From contig OX597820.1 of assembly GCA_951406725.2 (NCBI GenBank), positions 40,610,001-40,674,000 on the forward strand: a stretch of DNA of 64,000 nucleotides, written 5' to 3'. Source of the stretch: Octopus vulgaris. Lineage: Eukaryota. Shown piece after piece: positions 46,566 through 58,640 of the stretch (the first letter of the stretch is position 1; every line of letters starts with the position of its first letter). The translations under genes and the position numbers were made by a program. The notes below the pieces were generated by a model that was not told the DNA's origin, searched no databases, and was given only the letters and a program-made list of their open reading frames with translations.

Positions 46566-46672
46566 ATTTCTTATACGATATACCGTTTCATCTGCTGATT
46601 AATGGTAAACTAACCTGATTAAATTAAATCAAGCCAATCTTCCACAGGCCCTCAGATTCTTCAGTAAGAAAT
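46566..46672 (-). ncRNA. Type I hammerhead ribozyme, unit 3
   Basis: Same motif. Confidence 0.85.
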
Positions 46673-47058
46673 AGCACAAGACGGAACAGATATTTTCACG
46701 AGGCATTTCCGACGTTGCCAAGTTTATATCTGACCTAAAATTTTCAAATCGTCGCACTCGCGCCAAATTTATCGGCAGCAAATAAATATAAGCCGTCGAT
46801 TCCATTACGGAATTAACCAGAAAATTCATAATTAATCAATATAGGGTGGCAAAAAAAATTTTGTAGAATTCTTTTGCCACCAGCGGCCTAGTAGGAAAAA
46901 ATTAAAATAGTCATAGACCATTTTTAAGTTCAACATCAACAATAAAGGAACGGCCATAATAGGCCATTCACCCACTAGAAATAACAGCCAAAGCTTCAAC
47001 CGCAAATAAAAGTTAATTCAGTAAACCAGGAGAAAATTTAAAAAACATTTACCCTGTA

Positions 47059-47165
47059 ATTTCTTATACGATATACCGTTTCATCTGCTGATTAATGGTA
47101 AACTAACCTGATTAAATTAAATCAAGCCAATCTTCCACAGGCCCTCAGATTCTTCAGTAAGAAAT
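47059..47165 (-). ncRNA. Type I hammerhead ribozyme, unit 4
   Basis: Same motif. Confidence 0.85.
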
Positions 47166-47551
47166 AGCCCAAGACGGAACAGATATTTTCACGAGGCATT
47201 TCCGACGTTGCCAAGTTTATATCTGACCTAAAATTTTCAAATCGTCGCACTCGCGCCAAATTTATCGGCAGCAAATAAATATAAGCCGTCGATTCCATTA
47301 CGGAATTAACCAGAAAATTCATAATTAATCAATATAGGGTGGCAAAAAAAATTTTGTAGAATTCTTTTGCCACCAGCGGCCTAGTAGGAAAAAATTAAAA
47401 TAGTCATAGACCATTTTTAAGTTCAACATCAACAATAAAGGAACGGCCATAATAGGCCATTCACCCACTAGAAATAACAGCCAAAGCTTCAACCGCAAAT
47501 AAAAGTTAATTCAGTAAACCAGGAGAAAATTTAAAAAACATTTACCCTGTA

Positions 47552-47658
47552 ATTTCTTATACGATATACCGTTTCATCTGCTGATTAATGGTAAACTAAC
47601 CTGATTAAATTAAATCAAGCCAATCTTCCACAGGCCCTCAGATTCTTCAGTAAGAAAT
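47552..47658 (-). ncRNA. Type I hammerhead ribozyme, unit 5
   Basis: Same motif. Confidence 0.85.
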
Positions 47659-48044
47659 AGCCCAAGACGGAACAGATATTTTCACGAGGCATTTCCGACG
47701 TTGCCAAGTTTATATCTGACCTAAAATTTTCAAATCGTCGCACTCGCGCCAAATTTATCGGCAGCAAATAAATATAAGCCGTCGATTCCATTACGGAATT
47801 AACCAGAAAATTCATAATTAATCAATATAGGGTGGCAAAAAAAATTTTGTAGAATTCTTTTGCCACCAGCGGCCTAGTAGGAAAAAATTAAAATAGTCAT
47901 AGACCATTTTTAAGTTCAACATCAACAATAAAGGAACGGCCATAATAGGCCATTCACCCACTAGAAATAACAGCCAAAGCTTCAACCGCAAATAAAAGTT
48001 AATTCAGTAAACCAGGAGAAAATTTAAAAAACATTTACCCTGTA

Positions 48045-48151
48045 ATTTCTTATACGATATACCGTTTCATCTGCTGATTAATGGTAAACTAACCTGATTA
48101 AATTAAATCAAGCCAATCTTCCACAGGCCCTCAGATTCTTCAGTAAGAAAT
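48045..48151 (-). ncRNA. Type I hammerhead ribozyme, unit 6
   Basis: Same motif. Confidence 0.85.
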
Positions 48152-48590
48152 AGCCCAAGACGGAACAGATATTTTCACGAGGCATTTCCGACGTTGCCAA
48201 GTTTATATCTGACCTAAAATTTTCAAATCGTCGCACTCGCGCCAAATTTATCGGCAGCAAATAAATATAAGCCGTCGATTCCATTACGGAATTAACCAGA
48301 AAATTCATGGCCGTTCCTTTATTGTTGATGTTGAACTTAAAAATGGTCTATGACTATTTTAATTTTTTCCTACTAGGCCGCTGGTGGCAAAAGAATTCTA
48401 CAAAATTTTTTTGCCACCCTATATTGATTAATTATGAATTTTCTGGTTAATTCCGTAATGGAATCGACGGCTTATATTTATTTGCTGCCGATAAATTTGG
48501 CGCGAGTGCGACGATTTGAAAATTTTAGGTCAGATATAAACTTGGCAACGTCGGAAATGCCTCGTGAAAATATCTGTTCCGTCTTGGGCT

Positions 48591-48697
48591 ATTTCTTACT
48601 GAAGAATCTGAGGGCCTGTGGAAGATTGGCTTGATTTAATTTAATCAGGTTAGTTTACCATTAATCAGCAGATGAAACGGTATATCGTATAAGAAAT
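48591..48697 (+). ncRNA. Type I hammerhead ribozyme, inverted unit 1
   Basis: Stem I ATTTCTTA (48591-98) pairs with TAAGAAAT (48690-97). Core CTGAAGA at 48599-605. Stem II ATCTG (48606-10) pairs with CAGAT (48669-73). GAAA at 48674-77. Stem III CGG-tata-TCG. GUA triplet with predicted cut after 48689. Confidence 0.88.
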
Positions 48698-49085
48698 TAC
48701 AGGGTAAATGTTTTTTAAATTTTCTCCTGGTTTACTGAATTAACTTTTTTTGCAGTTGAAGCTTTGGCTGTTATTTCTAGTGGGTGAATGGCCTATTATG
48801 GCCGTTCCTTTATTGTTGATGTTGAACTTAAAAATGGTCTATGACTATTTTAATTTTTTCCTACTAGGCCGCTGGTGGCAAAAGAATTCTACAAAATTTT
48901 TTTTTTTGCCAATCTATATTGATTAATTATGAATTTTCTGGTTAATTCCGTAATGGAATCGACGGCTTATATTTATTTGCTGCCGATAAATTTGGCGCGA
49001 GTGCGACGATTTGAAAATTTTAGGTCAGATATAAACTTGGCAACGTCGGAAATGCCTCGTGAAAATATCTGTTCCGTCTTGGGCT

Positions 49086-49192
49086 ATTTCTTACTGAAGA
49101 ATCTGAGGGCCTGTGGAAGATTGGCTTGATTTAATTTAATCAGGTTAGTTTACCATTAATCAGCAGATGAAACGGTATATCGTATAAGAAAT
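49086..49192 (+). ncRNA. Type I hammerhead ribozyme, inverted unit 2
   Basis: Same motif. Confidence 0.85.
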
Positions 49193-49311
49193 TACAGGGT
49201 AAATGTTTTTAAATTTTCTCCTGGTTTACTGAATTAACTTTTATTTGCGGTTGAAGCTTTGGCTGTTATTTCTAGTGGGTGAATGGCCTATTATGGCCGT
49301 TCCTTTATTGT

Positions 49312-49356
<45 letters not shown>

Positions 49357-50703
49357 ACGGGCTTCTTTCAGTTTCCGTCTACCAAATCTACTTACAAGGC
49401 TTTGGTCGGCCTGCGGCTATAGTGTGACTGAACCCGGGACCATGTGGTTGGGAAGTAAGCTTCTTACCTCACAGCCACACTTGCCCCAATAGCAGGATAT
49501 TGTTTGAAAGAGATCTGATTGGAACTTTGTGGAAATTAAACAAACACTAAGGGCTTGCTTTATTGGCTTAACTGGGGAAGAGTTAAAGATAATGGTAAAG
49601 AGGATAAAGTAACATAAAGATTTTGAGAGAAGTTATTAAGAAGAAAAAAGAAGTGCGAGTTCCAAATAGCGAAGAGGGGATATTTAGTGAGCATAAGAAA
49701 TGGAAATATGCAAATATTTTAGAACAGAAAGGTAAACTGTGGAATAATGGTAGTAGGGCAGTGTACAAAATAGAATTATAGACTCTGTTGAAGAAGAGGA
49801 ATAAAAGATGACAAGATGAGGTAAAAATAGAAAGTTTGATACACAAAGGAAAAAGACAGTAAACTAGAGAAGCTTGAAGAAAAAAATAGACGGGGAGACA
49901 CTTGCAAGAAATATAGAGTGGGTTAGATCAATAGGTGAAAGCAAAAAAACAAAATAATAATAAAAAGAGGGAGAGAGAGAAAGTAAAAAAAAAACACAGA
50001 TGGAGGAGAGAGTGAGAGAGAGAGAGAGAGAGAGAAAGTGTGTGTGTGAGACAGAGTGGGAGGGAGAATTAGGACGCCAGAAACACAAAAGAAACTGAGT
50101 CGGTGTATGAAATAAAGAGACATGGGTCAAGGGAGGGTAGAGAAAAGAAGAAAGGCAGAAAGAAAGAAAAAAAGGAAAAAAAATCAAAAAGAAAGAAAGA
50201 AAGAAAGAAGAAAAGGGAGGAAGTCGGAGAGGCTTGAAGCAAACAAGTTTTGGTGAAAGCTTGCCACTTCTGTCGCCATGACGGTAGACATTGATTGGCA
50301 TCCTGTCCAGAGCGGCGTGCTTTTGGTTTTAAGGAAGAAGAAGAGGAAGAGGACGAGGAAGAATAAAACAGCAATGTTAGTCAGAATAAATAAATAGATA
50401 AATAAAGATAAAAATAAATAAATAAAACCTCATTTTCTATAAGTGTGTTGGTCTTCTAACTTGGATGTCACTTCTGACATGCCTGGCAGGGATGTTACCG
50501 AATTAAAGAACTGGACGATGTGGGAGATGACGGCAGAAGAGGCGACCACAACAATGACATCACCAACCAACAACCATAGTAACATTAGCAACAGCAACAG
50601 TAGTAGTAGCAGTAGTAGCATCAGCAGCAACAGCAGTAGTAGCAGCAGCAGTAGCTTTTAAAAGACAACTGAATACTTAATACTACAAATATTATCAAGA
50701 CGA

Positions 50704-51320
50704 GGGCGGCGAGCTGGCAGAAACGTTAGCACGCCGGGCGAAATGCTTAGCAGTATTTCGTCTGCCGCTACGTTCTGAGTTCAAATTCCGCCGTGGTCGA
50801 ATTTGCCTTTCATCCTTTCGGCGTCGATAAATTAAGTACCAGTTACGCACTGGGGTCAATATAATCGAATTAATCCGTTTGTCTGTCCTTGTTTGTCCTC
50901 TCTGTGCTTAGCCCCTTGTGGGTAGTAAAGAAATAAGTATTCCGTCTGCCGTTACGTTCTGAGTTCAAATTCCGCTGAGGTTGACTTTGCCTTTCATCCT
51001 TTCGGGGTCGATAAATTAATTATCAGTTACGTACTGGGGTCGATGTAACCGACTTAATCCCTTTGTCTGTCCTTGTTTGTCCCCTCTATGTTTAGCCCCT
51101 AGTGGACAATAAAGAAATAAGAACCGTTAGCATGCCGGGCGAAATGCTTAGCGGTGTTTCGTCTGCAGCTAAATTCTGATTTCAAATTCCGCCGTCATGA
51201 ACTTTGCCTTTCATGCTTTGGAGGTCGATGAAATATGGTGCCAATTGAGTACTGGGGTCGATGTAATCGACTTACCCACTCTCCCAAACTTTCAGGCATT
51301 GTTCCTATAAGAAAAAAATA
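50704..51320 (+). mobile_element. Trimeric Nin/Deu-core SINE
   Basis: Three head-to-tail cores near 50704, 50937 and 51121. Confidence 0.85.
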
Positions 51321-52077
51321 TAACCGAGAGATAATAAATTGTTGATTTAAGGATTTGAGTCAGAATATATACCTGGTCTTATCTATTTCTGTTCTTTACG
51401 ATCTGAGTTCATAGGCTGCCAATATCAGCATTGGTATTTCTCCCTGCGTGGTCGTTAAAGCTGAGTATCAATGTAACCGACTACCTGGTCCCCACAAAAT
51501 TGCTGACCTAAATTAGAAATATTTGTTATATAGAACGGTGAGTTGCTGGTGTCATTAGAGCGCCGAACAAAATGTCAAGTGATATTTAGTAACGGCTCTT
51601 TAAGCTCTAAGTTCAGCTCCTGTCGAGATCAAATGTACTTTTTCTCCCTCCTGTTATTACCAATTTGCTTATCCCTGGAAATTATAGAAAATGGTTAATA
51701 TTTCCTTTAAACTTTGCTTTTGCTACATTTATTCAAACCCCAAAGAATCCCTCTCGACACATTACTATGATGCTTCCCCAATACTCATGCGTTGGATGAG
51801 AGATGCACAGTTTGTAAGCCACTAAGGGACATGCTCAAGTGGTTAAGGCCAAGAAACTGATCAGAAAATTTATGAGGTTGAGCAGAATATTTACTATAAC
51901 GATATTTCTGCTTCAGTAACACAGCGTTGAATCTGTCTGAAGTGTTATGAAAAATTGGTCAGTTTCAAGACATTGATATCCAGGTCACAAAAGCAAAGTT
52001 TCAAGTGAATGGCAGTCATTTCCTTTGATTTCTAGATAGAAGCCAATAGGAGAAAAACACTTACTGACCAAAGACAA

Positions 52078-52180
<103 letters not shown>

Positions 52181-53107
52181 TTACTACCCACAAGGGGCTA
52201 AACACAGAGGGGACAAACAAGGACAGACAAACGGATTGAGTCGATTATATCGACCCCAGTGCGTAACTGGTACTTATTTAATCGACCCCAAAAGGATGAA
52301 AGGCAAAGTAGACCTCGGCGGAATTTGAACTAACACAGCCGAATCAGTAAAAGAAACTCAAATGATGAGCTGATTCGAGGATGCGCCCTAGATTTTTCTA
52401 CAGACTTATAACTGTGTACTTCTACAGATATATAAATGTGCGTATTGTCTTTCAAGAGTAGGCGACCCAAAACAATTTGAATCATTGTTTGTTTGAGTTT
52501 TACTCAGCCTCCATATATTTTGTACTTATTTCTGGTACTCTGCCTCTTTCTATGATTTTGGAGGTTTGAAGTAGGAATACTCTTGTCTTGTACCGCCATA
52601 AAACCAACTGACTTCAGCTCTTATGCTTCTCAACCATCAACCAGTGCTCAGTTTTTTCTGCATTTAATTTTGTTTCGTAGGTTTTTGTGGAGGTATTAGC
52701 TCCGTAGGCAGTTTGCTTCTTAACGTTCGTTTCATTCACCATAACATTCCGTAGTAGACTTTTCAACTTAGTTTAATTTTTTTTAACATGTTCTGTTAAG
52801 CTTTTCTGTTCTCGTTACAGCTGTCCGTTATCACAATTCTATTTGCTGTATATTTGTTAGATTCCGCGAAGACAGATTTTGCTTTATATATTTGTTCACG
52901 TTTTGTAGATCTTTGTATAATTTTCTATTCCGTTTTTAACAGTCATTTGTAGTGTAAATATTTTTTCTATAATAATTTACTAGTCGCAGGAAATCATTTA
53001 GTCTTCTCAGGTCGTTTTTTTGTACAACGTATTTCAGACACGGTTCTTAATTTACTTCTATTTTTGCTTTGTCTCATAATTCAATTAGGTTCCATATGCT
53101 ATCATTG

Positions 53108-53552
53108 AAGTCGACGAGCTGACAGAATCGTGAGTAAGCCGGGCAAAATTATTAGCGGCATTTCGTCCTTCTTTACGTTCTGAGTTCAAATTTCGCCTGG
53201 GTCGACATTGCCTCTCATCCTTTTGGCATCGATGAAATAAGTACCAGTCAAGCACCAAGGTCGATGCAATCGACTATCCACCTCCCCCAAAATTTCAGGC
53301 TTTGTTCCTATTATAGAAAGGGTTATTATTATAAGGTGGCGAGTTGGAAGAATCGTTAGCACGCTAGACGAATTACTTGGCAGTATTTTGCTCGTCGCTA
53401 TATTCTGAGTTCAAATTCCGCCTGGGTCGACTTTGCCTTTCATCCTTTCGGGGTCGAGAAATTAAATACCATTTGCGTACTGGGTCGATCTAATCGACTG
53501 GCCCCCTCCCGCAAAATTTCGAGCCTTGTGCCTAAAGTAGAAAAGATTATTA
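53108..53552 (+). mobile_element. Two tandem Nin/Deu-core SINEs
   Basis: Cores near 53108 and 53335, each ending in a short (att) tail. Confidence 0.8.
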
Positions 53553-54792
53553 TTTCTATTATTATAATTTCTTTTTAAAAGACCCAAGGATTATCATTAG
53601 CTACACTTACTTCCAGACTAGAATTCTTTTAAATCATTTGCTGTTGGTGTTGCATTAATTTCCACTTCTTGATAAATTCGGTTTTGGTAGAAGTCGAACA
53701 ATGTGGTTCGTGTAAGCTATCATAGTATTTTTCATAATGATGGATTTTTTGTGATTTAGCGAGAATCTGAAGCTGTTGTATCATCTTTCCATTTTGTCAT
53801 TGGTATTTTCGTTATAATTTTATAATTAATGACTGATAAGCGATAGTTTATATTTCCTACTTCCTCTATAAGTCTGTTTTCCATGACGTTTGTTGTTGGG
53901 TGTTTTGATATTGCTATTTATGTCACTACTGAATATAATATTTCTTTTGTATTGATGATATTGGTGATATTGATGTTTGTTCCTGTTTTCTGTTAGTCTA
54001 CGATGGTAAAATTTGTTGTAAGTGTGTACGAATTTGATTTTATTGTATTTTGTTATTTTGTTCGGTAGTTTGTTTTACATGATGCGTTATATATATATAT
54101 CTGCATCGAAAATAACAAAGTTCTTTTAATGTTCCTGTAATGTTTTTATTCTTCTGTTATATATTTTGTTTGTTATACTATATTTCGTTGAAATTCATGA
54201 GATCTATTTATATATTTTAAAACTTTTAACTGGATCCCAATATAGAAGCTAATTTTTAAAAAAATCTAGTATGATAGTATTTAAAGTTATTCTTTAGATC
54301 AGAGTTGTTTCCTTTGCAAATATTATAAATGTGCTCAGAAAAAAAGAGAGTTATTGACGTTTCGAGCGTAACTCTTGGTCGGAAAGGAAAAAAGAAAAGG
54401 AGAAATGTCCAAAGAAGGAAAAAGTCACCAACAGCACGTGTGTATATTGCTGATAATATAATATAATATTATATGTGTGTGTGTATTTGTGTGGCTGTAT
54501 GCGCGCGCCGGCATTAATCATGATAAAGAACCGTTTTTGCCTTCTAGGAAAAATCTGTTTTGTAACGTGATATTCATTTTCCATGAAGTTGGATTGTACA
54601 TGGAATTCTTCAATGAACGGGAAACTCAGAGGCAATCCGCTTTACAATATGCAATCCTGCGCGTTTTACAGAATTTTAGGAACAGAACGCTTATGTAGTT
54701 AATGGTCATTCTGCATAGCATTTTATAGGCAAACCCATGGTAAATTTCCATATTATTTGCTATGACGTTAACAGTCACTCGTCTCTTTGATC

Positions 54793-55371
54793 CAGTGGTT
54801 CTCAACCTGGGTCAGGATGGCACTTGGGGTTCCATATGGCCCTTGGAGATCCATATGAGATTGTGTTAAAATTTATGTGCAATAAATGTTTTATATTTCT
54901 GAAATGCACTAAATATTTAAACAAATTATTTTTATACAGTTCCCTATAATATCTGTATATATGAAAGGCAGGATGTGTGTGTGTGTACGTGAATATAATT
55001 TTTGCACGTCCACAAATTAGCACACATGTCACTCCAATTTTAGGAGGTCATTCATCATGACACTAGCTGTATTTTCGTCAACTTATTTTCCCCAGAGGCA
55101 CCAGCGAATAGGAGTAAAAATAAATTTTCAACTAAAACTTTTAAGAATGTTTAAGTCAGAGAAATCACCATTGTTTGCAAACAGGAGTTGAGTCCCCTTC
55201 TAGCGACGAGTAAGTTTTCGTTAAGACTTTTGTTGCTTTTTTTTCCCATCGAGGAAAAAAGTGTTTTGTTGATATACAGGCAACACACACACGAACATGT
55301 ATGCGTACAAAAAACATGTATGCAATAGGTGTACGTACGCACATGTGTATATGTGTGTGTGTGTGTTTTGC

Positions 55372-55422
<51 letters not shown>

Positions 55423-55655
55423 AATTTCAACGGATTTCGCCCAAATTTGACGTCGATGTTACTTAGTTTGGTTTGAAATAAATCACTTGATTAGCTTAAT
55501 AATCCTAACTTAATCCTGGGCAAAGCCGGGTTATACTGCTAGTTTAATAATGAACATAAATGATTTTTAAAACATCAAATGGCTAGGAGGGTTCACTTAA
55601 GTAAAATAGGAATGAAAGGGGTCCATAGGTAAACAAAATGATTAAGAAATTCTAG
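54793..55655. mobile_element. hAT-type MITE with a degenerate right end, interrupted by a Helitron
   Basis: Left TIR cagtggttctcaacc and gggtccata-like subterminal motifs at both ends. No clean TSD. Confidence 0.5.
54952..55542 (+). mobile_element. Non-autonomous Helitron
   Basis: 5' TC after A (a|tctgtatatat). 3' hairpin cctgggcaaagccggg followed by CTAG|T. No TSD. Confidence 0.7.
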
Positions 55656-55826
55656 TTTAACTTAACCAAACAATGCGTGTTTTCTGTTGCTCATATTTCG
55701 TAGTTTGGCAATATTTTTTTGTAAAAATGTACAGTCCAGAATGTTTGCTATTCACAAAATTTGCACGCTTCTAAATATTTAACTCTTTTCCAAAAAAAAA
55801 ATTATCATCATCATTATCATCATTAC

Positions 55827-55874
<48 letters not shown>

Positions 55875-57999
55875 CATTATTATTATCTTCGTCATCAATG
55901 TTCTTGTTGTTATTCTTTCTCCTGCTATTACTGTAGCTGTTTGTACTTAACCACGTAAAAGATATGTCATGAGAAGTTCCTGTTTGACTTCTTATATTGT
56001 TTGATTTCACAAGTTACATTTCTTGTGAATATTTTTTTTCTTCTGCTATTTTGATATCAAAGGAGAACGCTTAATTTTTATCACACACACGCACACACAT
56101 ACATACACACACACATATACACACACAGATACACACACAGATACACACATACACACACAGATGCACAAGCATACACATTGAAACACACACATAGATATGG
56201 TCTTCTACGTACATATGCTTTATACAACCCAGACGCACTCACACATATACACATACATATGACAAACATTCATACATATGTACATCCACATACAGAAATG
56301 TTCATACACACACATATATATAGAAAGAGAGAGAGAGACAGACAGAGAATAGATAGATATATATTCCCTGTTTATGCGAGAAATTTTTATATTAATTTTT
56401 TTTTATTTGTTTAACTTTTACACGAGAAATTCTCGTGAATATGGTGGTGACGGTGGTTGAGTATTCCTATAGTCGTATCTGCATTATTTCGTTTCTTCTG
56501 AAGAGAGGAAAAAAATGCAAATCCCCTGTGTATTATGAACAATTACGCAAATAGCAGAAAAATTTGTTACTGCTACAACAGGAACAACATCACTAACACA
56601 AAAAAAATTACAATATCAAACTTTAAAAATGTCTTATATATAACGTAGTAACATTTGACAAAAAAATTACTGACAGTAGCAACTGCGGTAGTTCTGTTTT
56701 AATCGTAAGCAGAAAGCCTGAAATTTGCTGAATGGCGTTGTTAGAGATCAACGTCTCCAGGACTTGATCGGTACTTTATTTTATCAACACTCAAAACAAG
56801 AACGGTAAAGATAACTCAAGTAGAATTTGAACTCGAAACGTAAAGTGTTGTGAGGAAGTAGTAGAAAAAAATACAATTCGTTGAGTGTTCCTATTATTCA
56901 AACAATAAGCAATATACCGCTTTCACGAGTACACATATTAAGAAAAATTAAGAGCAAGTAAAGGCATATTCACCTGTAGTGTGTCAACACATGTGTTTGG
57001 ATTTTAGTATCATGGCTTGGAAAAAGCTTACAATTGATTAGCAAAATTATGTATAGATTCCAATATTTTTGGTTTTTAATTAGACCACTTTACGTTCTGA
57101 ATTTAGATCGTATCAAAGCTAGTTTTGAGTTTAATTCTGCGGTCAATAAAATAAAGCGCCACTCAAGGTACTTGGATTGGTTTATTCGACGATACGTTCA
57201 CCAAAAATGAGTGTCATTACGCAAACGTTAGGAATCACTATCACGGACGAGTGAATGAGAGAAATTCGTTCATCTCTCAGTAGATAACAAAGAATACTAA
57301 AATAAGCATGGAAGAATATAGCGAGGAATAGAATAACATGGTGAATAACATGAAGAGCCAATTAAAGCAGAGTTTGAAGTTACAATTATAGAGCAAAACC
57401 ACATATAAACAGCGTGTAGAGGCGAGAGCATCCTCCTTAGTATTGGTGATATTTTTGTCTAGAATAGGTGAAGCAAAACGCTGTTGCAGTAATTTTATCA
57501 TAGAAGCTAATTGTTAAGGTATGTTGACCGAAAATCTGAAGACTTGCTCTGTGATGACATTGGGGAAGATTTACTTGAGGTAGTCAACGCTACAATCGAC
57601 AACTACGAAAATCCATATAGAATATTCGTATGCTTTGAAATAATTGTGAACTTGAACTATACAACTTCATTAAAGATACTCTCCCCATAGGAAAAATAAT
57701 CATAGGCAAAGAATTTTAGACTAACAGAAGAGACTGAAAGCCTAGATCCTAACTGAAAGATATATTCAAGTACTGGAGGAGTTTCTATTCGCAAAAAATT
57801 GATCACATTTCTACACAAAATTCCACCAAAGTTCCCACCTCTGGTCAACATCAGTTCATGTGGCAAGATTACCGTGATGGAGCTTGGGCTCAAATAACAG
57901 ATTGTTGCTGGAAGCAAGAAAATATTACTAGATTCATTCCGTGCTTTCAGACGCCTTAATATATTTTCTTTCAACTTTTTTGTTGCTTCATAGATGTAA

Positions 58000-58640
58000 G
58001 TTGGTCTACATTGAGTTTGTAGCAGCTGATCTTACCTAGCTGTATCCTTGAATGGTTAGCTAGTCTGGTATCATCGTTAAGAATTGGTATATTTGGAATC
58101 TGACAGTATCTCACCAGTTCGTGCATTAAAATTCACTTCAATGCCGAAGTTTGGAACACGCCCCTCCAGGATTCTCCATAGGTATATGATAATCTCTCTC
58201 ACTCTTTCTCTTTGGCGTTCAAGTGAATAGAAATGCAGAGCTTTCAGACGTTCCCTGTTATTAAGGCTTACTGGTAAACTTTCTTTGTAACTCTCCGATC
58301 TTTTTTATGAGCCGGATGAGTTTGGAGAGTAAAGCTGTGAATAGTAATCTAATCTGCTCAGAACTAAGGATTTTTTGATAGCATAATCATAACTAGCGGT
58401 TCTCATGTCATTGTGGTTCGTAGGATCTATTCTATGAAATGTCTAATTTTGAGTTCACTTTGGTGATGTGACTGATGAAAGATGCATCATTTGACATAAT
58501 TACTTCTGATTCCCGTCTGTCGTTAGCAGTTTCAATTATTGTGTTGTCCGGTGTGAAATATTGGTATTTGTGTGGTTCCCTCCATAATGCAGAACCTGCA
58601 ATTTATATGATTTAAAGTTCATGTATTCATCTGGTCATTG
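58000..58640 (-). mobile_element. Decayed CR1/L2-group LINE 3' fragment
   Basis: Minus strand RERLKALHFYSLERQRER parallels RLEKLKLYSLQRRRER of the 37103 element. Confidence 0.6.

Larger units (their letters stand above)
45351..48308 (-). repeat. Tandem array of six 491-494 bp hammerhead-containing units (retrozyme-like)
   Basis: Units start at 45351, 45842, 46336, 46829, 47322 and 47815. They differ only in a few substitutions and A-run lengths. Confidence 0.95.
48309..49315 (+). repeat. Inverted arm: two units plus about 21 bp of the same repeat
   Basis: Reverse complement of the unit, with starts at 48309, 48800 and 49295. Ends in (AT)n. Confidence 0.95.
45088..49478 (-). mobile_element. 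Microsatellite-containing SINE split by the ribozyme array (halves at 45088-45285 and 49331-49478)
   Basis: The halves are collinear with the copy at 26098-26657. tRNA-like head on the minus strand (gtggctgtgaggtaagaagc...gggttcagtcac). Confidence 0.75.

Noticed and set aside
48300-48320. Inversion as a pure assembly foldback artefact
   Set aside because: The arms are in different phases, and the outer flanks are the two different, collinear halves of one SINE. Read-level confirmation is still needed.
45351-49315. CRISPR array or tandem gene cluster
   Set aside because: The units are wholly identical with no unique spacers, the context is eukaryotic, and there is no tRNA, snRNA or 5S similarity I can recognise.
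52330-53090. Possible additional decayed Dong-like fragment on the minus strand
   Set aside because: Only one weak motif (FMAVQDKSIPT); too degraded to call.
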